Shown here in pieces: positions 35,901 through 48,800 of a stretch of 64,000 nt of DNA. Numbering within the stretch: the stretch's first letter is position 1; each line of letters begins with the position of its first letter. A program made the translations under genes and the position numbers. This stretch comes from Cyanophora paradoxa CCMP329. Its lineage: Eukaryota > Plantae > Glaucophyta. The notes under the pieces are model-generated. The model worked only from the letters and a program-made list of their open reading frames with translations, was not told the origin of the DNA and did not search any database. The DNA is taken from contig QPMI01000514.1 in NCBI GenBank assembly GCA_004431415.1, forward strand, positions 186,001-250,000, read 5' to 3'.

Positions 35901-38900
35901 CGAGGTCAGGGAGAGGGAGCTGAAACGCGCGATTCGATGTTCATCGCGAGTTTCTGGCGGCGCCGCCGACCTTTCCGACGACGTCCGTGGCCTGGAGGCA
36001 GGCGGGAAGGAGAGCCCCCGAGTCAGAGCGAGGCGCGCGAGCGGGGAGCTCCAGTCGCGGGCGGGGCGGGGCGGGGCGGGGCGGGGCGGGGCGGGGCGGG
36101 GCGGGGCGGGGCGGGGCGGGCGGGGCGGGGCGGGGCGGGGCGGGGGGGGGCGGGCGGGCGGACGCGGCGGGCGAAGAGGCGCTCGGCGGAGGGGTTGAAG
36201 ATGGTGACGAGGCCGCCGTCGTCCGCCACGATCACCGAGTCCTCCGCCGCCTGCCCGCCCCGCCCCGCCGCGTCAGACGCCCCGCCCTCGGGACGCGTGG
36301 TTGATAGGCGTCCTGTGGGGAAGGGGGACCTGGAGGATGGAGCGGGACTGGGCCTTGGACTCGGCGAGCATCTCCCGCACGTCGGCCCGCCGCCCGCTCG
36401 TCAGGAACTCCTTGATCGCCGGCACTGCCCGCAGATGAGGCGGGGGCGAGGCGGGGGCCCAGGGGCGGCGGCGCGCACCGGCCTCGATCACGTCCAGGGG
36501 GATCATCTGCCGCCGCACGTTTGGCGGAGAGAGCGGCGCGCGGCGGCCGAGGCGCGGCGCCGCTCGAGCTCGCACCAGCAGCATCTTGCTCGACTTGGTG
36601 TTCTCAGCCTGGAGCGTCCGCACCAGCGGCTGCGATCGCGACGATGAACGGCTCGTCTCGCGAGGTTCGAAGCAGAGGAGGAGAAGCGGGGCGCCAGTGC
36701 ACCCGAATCATGGCGAAGAAGACGACGAGGAGGACGGGGAAGTAGAGGCCAAAGAGGGCCGACAGGGCCGTCTGCCGCCGCGAGCCGGTGCCGGATATTA
36801 GAAGACCGAGGCATAAATATAACAGGAGTTCGCGTCGCGTCGCGGGGCGCACGTTGGCGCCGTCGAAAGCAAAGCCGCTCTCCATCTCGTGGAGCACGAG
36901 CTGGTCGAACAGCACGGGCAGCTGCGCCCAGGTGAGCTCGGGCGAGGGAGTAGGGGACTGGAAGGGGCGGCGCACGGAGGCGCCCCCCGCCGGGAGCTTG
37001 GAGCCGGCGAGGGGCGGGGCCGAGGCCGGCGGCGCGCCGGCCTGCGCCAGCGCCTGGGGCCAGCCGAGCGCGGCGCGCATGCGGGCGAGGCTGCGGTCGC
37101 CGAGGCGGTCCACCGGCCGCGCCGACCACGCCACCTGGCGCGCCCCGCGGTCGCAATTCGCAGCAGCGCGATGCAATTTCGGGCCCGCTGCACGCACCTG
37201 GCGCGCGTCCTCCAGGAACGCCAGCGCGGCGGCGTCGAGCGTCGCGCACGGCGCCCCGCCCCGCGCCGCCACCGCCTCGGCGCCGGCCGCGTCCGTCCAG
37301 AGCGCCAGCGCAGAGGCGTAGGGGGCGTTCGCGGCCCTGCGAGGCCGATCGGGCGCACGTGCGCGGCGGAGGCAGCAGGCGGCGCCGCGCACCAGGCGAA
37401 GGAGCAGGGGGTGCGGAAGGCGAACGAGGAGGCCGCGGAGGAGGGGCCCAGGCCGCTCGTACCCAGGGCGGGGGACCCTGCGCGGCGGTCGCGAGGTCGG
37501 ATCCGGCCGTCGGCGTCGACTTGGTCGGGGCGATCGCGAGGATGGCGCCGGCGCACCGAATTTGACGGCGGCCCAGGCGGCGGCGAGCTCCTCCGCAAAG
37601 GAGGCGAGGGCGGACTGGGCCGCCCGCGACGCCGTCGCCGCGAACGAGTCGGCCTGCGCGACGCGTCGCGCCGGAAATGCCGACGACTTCCGAGAGCCGC
37701 CACCGCGGACCTGGAAGAGGACGCGGGCGGCCTTCCAGACGAGCTGCGACGTGACGACGGCCTGGCGGTCGGCGCCCCCGCGGCTCATCTGCGCGCCGGC
37801 TCGTCAGCCGGGGCGGGGCTGGCCGGCGCGGGGGGCGCTCTGCCACGAAGATGGTCGCGCAGATGGCGAAGAGGGCGGCGGGGACCGCCACCAGCACGCC
37901 CACGCTCGCGCCCAGCCGCCAGACGAGCCTGCACGACAACAACCACGTGCACATCTACATCAGAAACGAGCTCGAAGAAAGTCTGAGCTCGTGGCGCGGG
38001 CGCGGGCGCCTGGAGGTGATGGAGCCGACGCTGCGGCCGAGGTCGAAGCCCTCCGCCGCCGCCACCTCCTGGTGCAAATTCACCTGCAGCCCCGGCCCCT
38101 CAGAATGGACGGAGGGGAACGCAAGAGAATCCTCCGCGGGCTCTAGATCTAGATTCAGCTAGTGGCTCAGCGCACGTTGCCCTCCTCGTTGTCGCTGCCC
38201 TCGGCGTCCGCCTGCGCCTGCGCCTGCAGCGCCAGCGCCGGCCGCTCCACCTCGCTCGCCCCGTCCTCGTGCGCCGCCGCCGCCGCCGCTGCTGCAGCTT
38301 GAAATCAATGCGCTTCGATGGGGCGCGCTTTTCGAAGGGGGTTAAATGGGGAGCGCGCGCCCTTCAGCATGGAGGTGGCGCTGTGGCCCGAGACGCTGCC
38401 GCGGTTGCTGGAGCCCGGGTCACCCAACGCGCCCATCTTCCCCGCCGCCGCCACGGCCGCCGCCGCCGCCTCCGCCTCGGCATCCTTCTCGGGCCGCTCC
38501 CTGCACGCCCCGCGCCGATGACGGCTCGAACGCGACCGACAGCACAGAATTCTTGAAGGGCGGACCGGCTTGCGGACCGGCCGACGCTCCGCTCGGCACT
38601 CGACGTGTACGAGGCCACTGCGGCGAAAGTCGGGCGCGGCGCGCACGCGAAGGGCCGCGCGCAGCGGCGAAGTGGCGCACGGATGCCCTCGATGGTGGGG
38701 CGGGGGATCTCCAGGAACAGCCGCAGCGTCCCGCGCCGCTCCTGCGCGTCGCTCGGGCGTCAGAGGGCGCGGCGACACACAGAGTGGAGCGGAACGCGGC
38801 GCCGCGCCTCCTCGATGGCCTCGAAGGCGGGGCGGAAGAGGAAGGCGGCGGAGAGCAGCACGACCAGAAACTGCCGGCCGCGGTCGATGCGGATATCGAC

Positions 38901-40292
38901 AAGTTGCGTTTCGGGTGATATCTGTTGCGCCCGCACGCGAACCGTTCCGAGGAAAACGCCGACCGCGACGTTTCTGAAAACAGTGATGCGGTCGTTCACC
39001 ACGTCCTGAGAGGGAGGGTCGCGGGGGCAGCAGGGAGAAATGCGACGCCGGCGGAGCGCCAAGTCGAGGGGGCACCTGGAGGACGCTGGTCATGGACTGA
39101 AAGGCCCCCGCGACGCTCCGGTTGCCGTTCTCCACGAGCAGGAGGTACGAGAGCGGGGGCGGGTCGGACGCCAGCTCGGAGGCCGGCGCCGCGGCCAGGT
39201 CGCGCGCCGCCCGCGCCAGCGTCGCCGCCGCGTCCAGCAGCCTGCCGCGTGCACGGATGGCGCTTGAGAGGACGCGGCGAAAGCTGAAGCCGGGGAACGG
39301 CAACGCACGGCATGGAGGTGGTTCGGGCCTCCCCGGACGGGCCGACGTAGCCGTGCATGGGGATGGCGTACGTCTGTCGCGGCAGCAACGTTAGCCGGCG
39401 AGGCAGAGGAGCGGGCGGAGGAACGCTCGCCTCCCAGAGGGCGGCGACGGGACCGGTCCCCCACGAGGCGCCCAGCCGCCCGCGCTCGTGGTACATCCGG
39501 TTGGCGACGGAGTCCCTGGCCTCGCCTTCAGCCAAGGCGAGCGCTGCGAGGGCGCGTGGATTGGGGGCTCGCGGCGCACAGCGTGTCCGCCGACGCCACG
39601 AGCTTCGCGGCGTACGGCGTCGTGTCCCAGCCCTGGGCCGCCGCCTGCACTCGCCGTCAGCGCCAAGCGGAGGAGTCGGGGAGCGGATCGGAGGAAAGGG
39701 GCGGGCCCATCGGAGGGAGGAGGCGGCGGCGCTGGCGGTGACGGCGGCGAGGGCGGCGTGGGGCGGCGAGGTCGTCGCCTCGAGGGCCCGGGAGTAGTCG
39801 GCGAGCGTCGTGCGCGCCATCGCTGCGGCCCTCGCGTCAGCTCCGCTTCGAGGGCGCTGCCTCGAGCTGCCCGGGCTCCGAGCGCACCGTAGAAGACGAC
39901 GACGTCGGTGAGGAGGACGGCGAGGGTGAGCAGCACGGCGCCGTAGAGCCAGAGCAGCGGCCGCGAGCGCGCCGAGGCCACCCGCTCCCGGTACATCCGC
40001 CGCCGCATCCGGTCCTGCCCCCGCCCCCGAGCTCAGCGCGGCGCGGCGGACGAGCGCGCGGGATGATGCGGATGAGCGCACGTGGGGAGAGATGTCCCAG
40101 GCGACCCCGTTGGTGCCGGAGAGGGTGACGGAGCCCTCGACGGAGCGCTCGCCGACGCCCGCCAGCGCGCCCCCGCCCGCCCCCGCCCCGTCGGCGCTCG
40201 GCAGCGAGGCCCGCGTCGCCCGCCGGCCCCGCCGCGCCTGCGCCATCCGAATTCGGCGGAGCTTCGAGGAGGAGCGCGGCGCGAGGAAGGGC

Positions 40293-40326
<34 letters not shown>

Positions 40327-43300
40327 TGGGGGCTCGCGCTCGCGATCGTCGACGAACGAGGCGCGCCGCTCCTCGACGGCCACCGACCCGGAGCCGCCCT
40401 CCGCCGAGGCGCTCGAGACGGGGTAGAGCGTCACTGCGGCGGCGCCGCCCTTGCAGCTGCCCTCCGCGCTGCGCCGCGTGCGTGAGCGCCGCCGGCGGAG
40501 AGGCGATGCCAGAAACGTGGTGCCGGAGGCTGACATGCTGACGGAGGCGCGGCGCCGGCGGGAGAGGCTCGTCTGGCCATGGGCGGACTCGCGGGCGATG
40601 GGGCCGCCGTCTGGCGGCCCGCCGGGCGCCGTGAGACGGATCGAGGGGGCGCGCTCGGGCCTTCGGGGCTCGAGGGGAGGCACCCGTGGCGCCGCCGAGG
40701 GGGACGACCTTGCCGCGGGAGGGGGCCGCCGCCCTCTGCCCTTGGGCCACCTCCGGCGCAGACCCCGTCGTCGCGCTCACCTGCCGCCGCCCGCCGTCAG
40801 AAGGCCCGATCGAGGTCGAGTGGGCGCTCGCCGGTCACCAAGCTGGCGTGGCGGTTGGGGCGGTATCGCGGGTACACGGGGGCCTGCAGCTGCGCCGCCT
40901 CGTGCGCCTGTCTCGGGTCGTTTGTGGGGCGGAGAGGGCGGGGCAGGCGGGGCGGGGGGGAGGGGCGGGGCGGGCGGGCCTCCTCGGCGAGGACGAGGAA
41001 GCGGAGGGCGGCGTCGTCGTCCCCGAGCAGCTCGTGGCAGAAGCGCGCGTACCGCCGCAGCACCCGCCCGTTCTTCGGCTGCGCGCCCGTCGCCCCGCGG
41101 AGGAGTGCAGCGCGGCCGGCTGGCGGGAGCGCTCGCCTGGCGGAGGAGGAGGGTCTCGTAGACCCTGGCGGCCTTCTCCTTGGCGCGCTCAACGTGCGTG
41201 ACGACCTGCCGCGAGGGCGCGTGAGGGGCCGCCCGGTGCGCTCCGGCGCGGGCCGCTGGGGCGGACGTTGGGGAGGTCGGCGAGCGAGACGGAGGCCGAG
41301 AGGAGCAGCTCCCAGAAGCTGAGGAGGGGGCCGGGGTGACGCCGGGGCGGGGCGGGGCACGAGGGCGGGGCGGGCACCGGCGGATGCGGAGCTTGGCGCG
41401 GACCTCGTAGATGCGCGCCAGCTGCATCATCTGCTGCACCTGCGCCGGCCAAGCTCGGGCCCAGAGACGCGGGGCCGGGCCCGATCGCGAGAGGCGAGGG
41501 GTGCCGGCACCTCGATGAGGAGGCCGTCCCCGCTCTCCTTGCGCAGGCGGTCCAGGCAGTAGCACGCGAAGGACATGAGGAAGCCCGACCGCGCCTGCGT
41601 GCGAGGCCGCCGACATCTGACCGCGGCAGCCCGTCTCGAGACAACAGAGAGGCGGGCACCTGGACGGCCTTCTGGAGGTAGGCCGCGTGAAGCGCAGCGT
41701 TCTCTGCGCGTGCGCCCCTCTTTCAGAGCCCGATTCACGATCGTCGTTAGGGGAGGAAATTCTCAAGCCAAGTTAACGTTGCAACTTTTGATCAGGGCCT
41801 AGAGGTTTCTACGAGCGCTCGCGACCGGGAGCCAAGCTCGAGGGAGGGGCGCACGGCGGTAGTGGGAGAGGAAGATGGCGAAGGAGAGGTAGAGCTCGGC
41901 CGAGGCGGGGTACTCCTCCTGCGCGCCCCGTGAGCGCCGCCCAGCCGCTTCACGCGCGCCGGGTGCGGGTGCGGGGGCGGGGGCGGGGGCGGGGGCGGGC
42001 GATGGCGAGGAGGAAGAGGGCGTGGGCGGGGGCGAGGTGGCGCTCGGGCGCCCCCAGGAGGGCCCGCGCCGCCACCTCCGCCTCGAACGGCCTGCGGGGG
42101 GGAGGGTGAGGCGAGGCGCCCGCGCCCCCTCTCCCCCCCGCTCCCTGCCTCCCCATCGCCCACCTGCGCAGGGGCAAGCGGCGGCGGTGGGCCGGCGAGT
42201 CGCCGCCGCCGCCGTCGCCGTCGTCGCGCCCGTCGACCTCGATTGTCGAGCGGCGGCGGGAGCCCGAGCCCGAGAACGGCTCGAGGGCGCCCCCGCGCTC
42301 CGGGTCGAGGGCCGCGCGGCCGGCCCGCGCGCACCAGCGGACGCGCAGGACGGAGAGGCCAGCGCCCAGCGCGAAGGCGACGAGGATGGCGCCGGCGAAG
42401 GCCGGGCCCAGCGCGCCCCGCGTGGAGAGCCCGAGGGCTGAGCCCAGCAGGGGCACGACACCGGCGAGGGCGACGACGCCGCGCATGCCGCCGACGGCCG
42501 CGAGGGGCACCAGGCCGTAGAGGGGTACGTAGTAGAGGTGGGCGGCCAGGGGCGCCAGCGCGAGGACGAACTGGAGGGCCCCCCGGGGTACAGGATTGCC
42601 GCGTAGGAAGACCGCGCAGAGGACGAGGCCGAACTTGCAGGAGATGTGCAGGGCCGGGAGGGGCGAGAGCCGCTGGGGGGTACGTCAGTTGCGGGCGGGG
42701 AGAAGAGGGGGTACGGGCACCTGCGAGAGGGGCGTGCTGCGGGAGGGTATGAAGGTCACGAAGAAAAGGGCCACGAAGAACAAGCCTGCGCCGCCGCCGG
42801 CCGCCGGCGTAAACGTGAGAACGGACGGGGTACGGGTACGAACGGAAACGGGTACCGGGGACGACCAGGGCGCATGTGATCGCCGTGAAGACGATGTACA
42901 CGATGCCCGAGTCCCCGTAGCACTGTCGGGGTACCCCCGTGGGCCTGGGCCTGGGGCCGGCCGTCCCGCCGGCCGCGGGGGCGGGCGCGTGCGCACCTGG
43001 TACCCCGCGGCGCGGACGCTGGCGGCGCGGGCGCCCTCGAGCACGGACTCGCAGTTGAGGGTGGGGAGGATGGTGAGGAGGATCTGGGGGCGCCGCGGGG
43101 TCGCCGGCGGGGACGGGCGGCTCGAATCGCGATCGCATGCGCTCACGGGGGCGTTGACGGCGGGGGAGAGGATGCAGCCGAGGCGGACGATGCGGAGGAG
43201 CCAGGGGCGCTCCCGGTACTGCAGGTCCGAGTGCACGGCCGCCACCGTGAACGCCGTCAGCAGGTTCATCCCGACCACGATGCACCTGCGCGCGCGCGCG

Positions 43301-43874
43301 CGGGGCGAGCACTCAGATGCCGCCCAGGGAGGGCCGAAGCCAGGGGCGGGGCCGGGGGCGCGCCAGAAGGCGGAGGCGCTGGTGCCGTGGACGGCCTCCG
43401 GGGAGGGGTCTCTGAGGAGGACCGCGGCGAGCATCGCGGTGGGCCACCCGTCCGCGAAGCTGAACTCGTACAGCACGGGGAGGACGGCCATCTGAGGCAC
43501 GAACGTGTACGCGAGTCAAGCTTGAGACGGTGGCGCCGGCTCGCGCAGAGGATGCAGGAATTATAATTGTAGGGACCTGCAGGAGATCGATGAAGGCGAC
43601 AAGGGCCGCCAGCCGGGCATCGAAGTGGTTGCGGGCCACGACGCGCGCTCTGCCCAGGGCGTAGAAGAAGGAGTAGAGGGCTGTGGTGACCTGGTCCTGG
43701 AGAGTGGCGGCGAGCCCGGTGAGCTGCTGGCCCCCCGACTGGCGCGACGCGTAGCTGCTCCCATCGAGGCCAGCCAGCAGCCTGGAGAGGGCGCGATCTC
43801 AGGGCCAAGGGGGCCCCGGGCCGTCAACCGCCGGGCGGGGCGGATGCGCACCCGCGCTCCACGCGAGAAGCCAT
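32926..43874 (-). CDS. Large multi-pass membrane class III adenylate cyclase with TmcB-like N-terminal region and a PAS domain; multi-exon
   Basis: Cyclase motifs LLYSILPQSICERLK, VLFSDI|VGFT, FLNRMFSVFD, EKVKSIGDAVM, IRVGINTG, GVIGTKKLMFDVW|GDCVNLAAR|MESGG, IELK|GKG; PAS VIVADDGGLVTIFNPSAERLF; helical RSFWELL...YETLLLRQ|PKNGRVLRRYARFCHELLGD; many hydrophobic segments. Start MASRVERG|LLAGL is a manual call. Confidence 0.85.
36059..36150. repeat. (GGGGC)n tandem repeat in a cyclase intron; G-quadruplex-prone
   Basis: About 17 near-perfect GGGGC units. Confidence 0.9.
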
Positions 43875-44549
43875 CGCGCCCGAAGCACGCGTCCAGTGCG
43901 CGTGCCTTCTATTCACCCGGAACACCTTCTGGAACGCTCGCTCAAGCCAAAGCTTGCGCGAGTCGAATGTGCAGGTTCATGGCCTTGCGATTGACCGGCC
44001 GCGGAGTTGGAGTCGGCTGGCCCAGTCGCGCAGTCGAGCGCTGCGCCTTCTACGGCTGCCGTGGAGGGTCGAGAGCGCCCGGCGGTGCGCTCGCAGGAAC
44101 AGCGCGATGGGCTGCTCGGCCGATCATGAGCTGTCGAGCGGCTGAGCTGAAGTTCGGCCGCGGTCGTCACCAGGCCGCGGCGAACTTTCGGAAATGGCTG
44201 GGCTAGGCACGGCTACAGCCTACAGCTATCGCTATAGCGCAAATGTCACCGCGCGAATCGGCGCGACCGGCGCGCGCGCACGCGGCTGAAGCGTCAAGCC
44301 GCTCAAGCGTCTAACCTACTAGATATGGCGCTGCCAGGCTGGCGAGCTGCTGCGTTATAATTATAACGGGCAGCCTGCTGCGCGGCTAGGGCGGGCCCGC
44401 GCGGCGCCTCGAGGCTCGAGCTCGAGCTCAGCAGCGGCTCGCGCGCGCGCCGTCGGCGTCGCGGTCTTCGGAAGTTCGGAACCTTCGGGACCGCGCCGAA
44501 TATTTCGCGATCCGATTCGCGGACTCCGAGGCTCGGCGCACTGGAGGCC

Positions 44550-44593
44550 CGGAGAGTCGGCGGAGAGTCGCCGGAGACTCGGCGGAGAGTCGA
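44550..44593. repeat. Four-copy ~11-bp tandem repeat (CGGAGAGTCGG) in intergenic DNA
   Basis: cggagagtcgg cggagagtcgc cggagactcgg cggagagtcga. Confidence 0.8.
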
Positions 44594-45801
44594 CGTCGGA
44601 GGGAGCTGAAACAGTCGTCACACGGTACCCCGGTAGTACGTACCCTTGTCGTAGACTCGTAGGCTTGTACCCCACAACGTGCTTGGGATCGAATCGCGCG
44701 GGACCGGAGTTCGCGCAATTAATTATAATATTCGCGATCGGCCGCGCAATTTCGGCGAGTTCGGCCGCATGCAGGACTTCCACATGTCGGCAAACCGGGT
44801 ACCGCGTATACCGCCATTGTGCGCCAGTACCCCAGGTACGTATACTAGTCTCCGCCAGACCGCCGTAGTTACAAGCAGGGGGGGCTCCGCCCCCCCCGCA
44901 CCCCCCCCCGCTTGCTAGCTGGCCAATCGGAATTGCTTGTTTTAATTGACCAATCACCAAGTCGCCCGAGTTTTAGACTGTAGCTTTTTGACTGGACTCG
45001 CCGTAGTAAGCGATTTCAACTCAACTGGGTATACTGGTACTTGAGCAAGTGTTCAAACTTGTATATATATCACCATGACCGGGTACACGAAAGCCCAATA
45101 CTATGCAAGCTGGCAAAGCAGTGTTTTTTTCGACTGAATTTTTTTTTTTTCGGCAAAGCAGACAATTACACCATTGGTGGGCAGTTTTGCTGGCAGGATT
45201 TTCCTTTTTTTTCCCTCTTCAAGCTCGCAGCTGCGGTAGTTCGGATGATCCCAAATGTGTTCAGAACTTACCAGTGGCAGCCTCCGCCTTCCGAGTTTCA
45301 AATTCCCAGCCTGGGCCGGTAGTGAAGCGAAGAGCTAGTAATATAAACTAGTTATACAGTTACGTATACGGCGTAGTATAGCTGCGGCGGTGTGCGCATG
45401 CTCCCAGTACTAGTACGTTTAGGTACTAGGGACCTGATTTGTCAGTCTCATTTGAACCTTCGCTTGCAGTGGTCGAAGCTCAGCCCCGGAACTGGGCCGG
45501 AAGCTGAAGCTAGGGGCGATGACGCCGATGAGGACTCTTTGAGGAGCAATATTAATCAATTTTCCATGAAATTCCAGTGACCGCGGCCGGCGCGGCGCAG
45601 ACTCGCCGGCTGGAGTCGCCGCCAAAAACATGGGAGAGAGGGGCGGGGCTGCGCGGAATTGCCGCGGATTCGATTCGCCGCGGAGCAGACCGACGCTCCG
45701 CCACGCTCGGCCGGGGGATGGTCGGGGCGCCGGGGGCCTGGGGCGAGCGGGAGGGCGCGGAGGGGGAGAACCTGATGTCCCTGCATCTACGGACAGGGGG
45801 C

Positions 45802-48800
45802 CTAGATCTGGTTGGAGTCGACGGCGCCGGGGACGGAGAGGGCGACGGAGGAGACGGAGGGGAGGCTCGCGGCGGCGCCGGCGGAGCTCGAGAGGCCCAG
45901 CGACGAGGGCGACGAGGCCGACGTCTGCGTCGAGGGGGGGTACGGGCCCGAGATCGACTTGGCCCCCGGGGCCGTCATGCCCCCGCCCGAGGCCCCCGAG
46001 GCCGCCTTGTCCTGCCCACCCCAGGCGCAGGTCAGGCGGCGCCCAGGGGCGAGCGAAGAGGGCGGGGCGGGGTGTGTGCGGCCGACCTTCTCGGCCTGCA
46101 GGTCCCGAACCGCCTGCTGCGCCACGTGCGCCACCTCGCCGTCCTGCGCAGCGCGCGGTTGGCGAGGCCGGGGGCGCGCGGGGAGCGGACGAAGGCTTTG
46201 TACCCGTGCGGTGCTCGCGACGGACGAGAGCGCATCGTACCCGCCCGCGTCAACGAGACGCCTCCTGTGGTCTGAGGGGGTACACGCGGCTCGCACGGCG
46301 GGATCGCGTGCACCCCCCCCCCCACACACACACGAAATGCCGTACCCTTCTCCATGGAGAAACGAGCGAGGACCATCGTGGCGCATTTGACGAGGTTCTC
46401 CTGCCTGCTACGCGTGAGCTCCACCAGCGTCTGGGGGGTACGCGTCAGCTGCCGTCCCGGAGAGGCGGAGGGGGGGGCGGGCGCCGGGGGGTACGGGCGC
46501 GCCTTGAGCCCGTCTGCGAGGACGACTGCGCTGAGGATCTGGATGGGGCCGACGGGGGGGCCCTTTCGCCCTGCGCGGCGCCTCCCCGTCAGGCCGGCGG
46601 GAAGTGAGAGGCAGCGGGGCACGCGCCGGCCCAGACAGTGTCGAGGCAGTTGTTTATGCAGCTGAAGGAGCAGAAGGGCGCCTGGGGCGCCGCCGCGTTG
46701 CTCGCCCCCGTCGTCGCCCCGTCCCGGTTCTGCCCAGCCGCCGCGCGTCAGCCCCGGCGGTGCGTTTCGGCGCTGCGCCCAAATCTCGCCTTCTTGAGCT
46801 CCGAGGGGCTGCCCGCATCGACGAGGTGCATGAGGACGTTTAGCGCCGCCGTCGATTTCTGCGGGCGCGCCCGCCGGCTCGGCGAGGCGCGCGGGGAGGG
46901 GGCTGGACATCGGGGGGTACGGCACCTTGAGGTCCGGCTGCTCGCGGAGGAGCACGAGGAGCCTGTGCACGCCGCCGCCGGCAAGGACCGCCGCCGCCGC
47001 CGCCCGCCGGCACGGCGTGTGGCTGGCCCCGCCCCCCCGCCTTCAGCCGGCTTCCTCGGGCGGGGCGGGCGGGGCGGAGCGGGCGGGCGGGGCACCTGGT
47101 GAGGTGGGCGAGGGCGGCGACGCCGTTGGAGACCGCCAGGCCGTCGTCCGAGCCTGCAGGAAGGCGCCCGTGAGCCGGGGGGGGGGGGGGGGGGGGGAGC
47201 GGTCTGGCGGGGGCTACGGCGCACTGAGGGTGCGGACAATGCCGGGGACGACGCCGCAGTTCGTGAGCATGGTCGCGGTCGCCGGGTTCTGTGTACCCGC
47301 CTCAGACGACGCCGGGGGCCTCGGAAGAGAGAGAGGAGGATCTCGGCTCGGGGGCGCTGGGGGGAGGCTGCGGACCAGGGTCATGTACCAGAGGGCGGCG
47401 GCGACGAAGCCCTGCGTCTGGGGGTCGATGTCCGGCGAGAGCAGCCGCACCATCAGCTGCGAGGGAGGAGGGGGTCAGGCGGGCGGGGGCGGTGCCGGGG
47501 AGGGGTACGGCAGTGCGCCTGGACGACGCCGGCGCTGCGGAGGGTCTCGTGGTTCTCGGGGCTCTCCGCAAGGTACCCGATCGTCTGGTAGGGAGGCCCG
47601 TCGGTCCGGGGCGCCGCAGGGGCGCGAGCGAGCGAGCGAGGGCGGGGGCACCTTGATCGCGATGTGCGGGTTGGCGGCCTGCGGGGCCCCGCTCGTGGGC
47701 CGCCCGGCCGGCGGCACGGGGCGGGCGGGTGGGCGGGGGCACCTGGGCGAGCATGTGTGCGAGGTGGCCCGTGGCCCCCGCCGCCACGATCGCCTTCTGG
47801 TTCGTCTGCCCCGCCCCCGCCGTCAGGCCGCGCCGCCGGGTCCCCCGGGGTGGGGCGGCGCGCCTGGTTGCGGCGGGAGAGGAAGCAGAGCGCGTAGCTC
47901 GCCGACTCGCTCGTGTCCTGCCCGCGCCCCCCGGCCGGCGTCAGGGCGGGCGCGGGGCGGGAGGAGCGCGGGGGAACGCTCGCCTTGTCGGCGAGGAGGG
48001 TGACGACGTAGGGGATGGCGCCCTGCGCGGGGCGGGGCGGGGCGGGGTGAGGGGCCCTCAGAGGCGGCGGGCCTCGATAGCGAGCTCGCTCGCTCGCTCT
48101 CCGACGAGGCGAGGGACCCTCTCGAGCAGATCCCGCCAAGGGAGGACGCACCTGCTCGCGGATGAACTCCTGCCACTTGGGGTCCCGCTCCGCAGCCTTC
48201 CCCAGCGCCTGCACCGACTGCACCTGCCGCGCGGCGTGAGGCCCGGGAGGGCGGGGCGCTGGCCCGGAGGGCGCCTCCGCACCTGCATCACCTTCACCAT
48301 GCCCGGTACCAGGCTCGGCTGGTGCAGGTTCTTCCGGATCTGACGGGCGGGGGCGTCAGAGAGGAGCGGAGGGAGGCGGGGTAGGGGGGGGGTGTGGGGT
48401 GTGGGGGGGAACCTTCTCGTCCCGCGCGATCCGCTCGAGTCGCGCGACGGCCTCCTCGCGCTCCCGGTCCTCGTTCGTGTTCAGCTTGAGGACCACCTAC
48501 GAGGAGCAGGCACAGGCGGCCGGGTCAGCTGCGCCGTGAGCAGCGCGGCGCGGCGCGGGGCGCCCCGCCCCCGGCGCGCCTCGGCGAGCTCCTTGAGGGT
48601 GCGGATCTCGGCGGCGGTGCGGCGCTGGTACATCGCGTCGCACGTCGACTGCACCCCGCTCGGGAAGGCCCGGTCGAACGCGTCCTGGGTCACCTGCGGC
48701 GCCGGCCCGCTCGGATCGAGTCCGCCGGCGGGGCGGGGCCGATCAAATTCCCCTGACCGTGAAGGACTGATTCGACAGGACGGACTTGAGCTCCTTTAGA

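Noticed and set aside
44550-44593. CRISPR-like array
   Set aside because: Short tandem units with no spacers and no cas genes, in a eukaryotic context.
44361-44960. 199-aa minus-strand ORF in the spacer between the cyclase and ARM genes
   Set aside because: No recognisable motif, non-ATG start, and it overlaps a tandem repeat; likely spurious.
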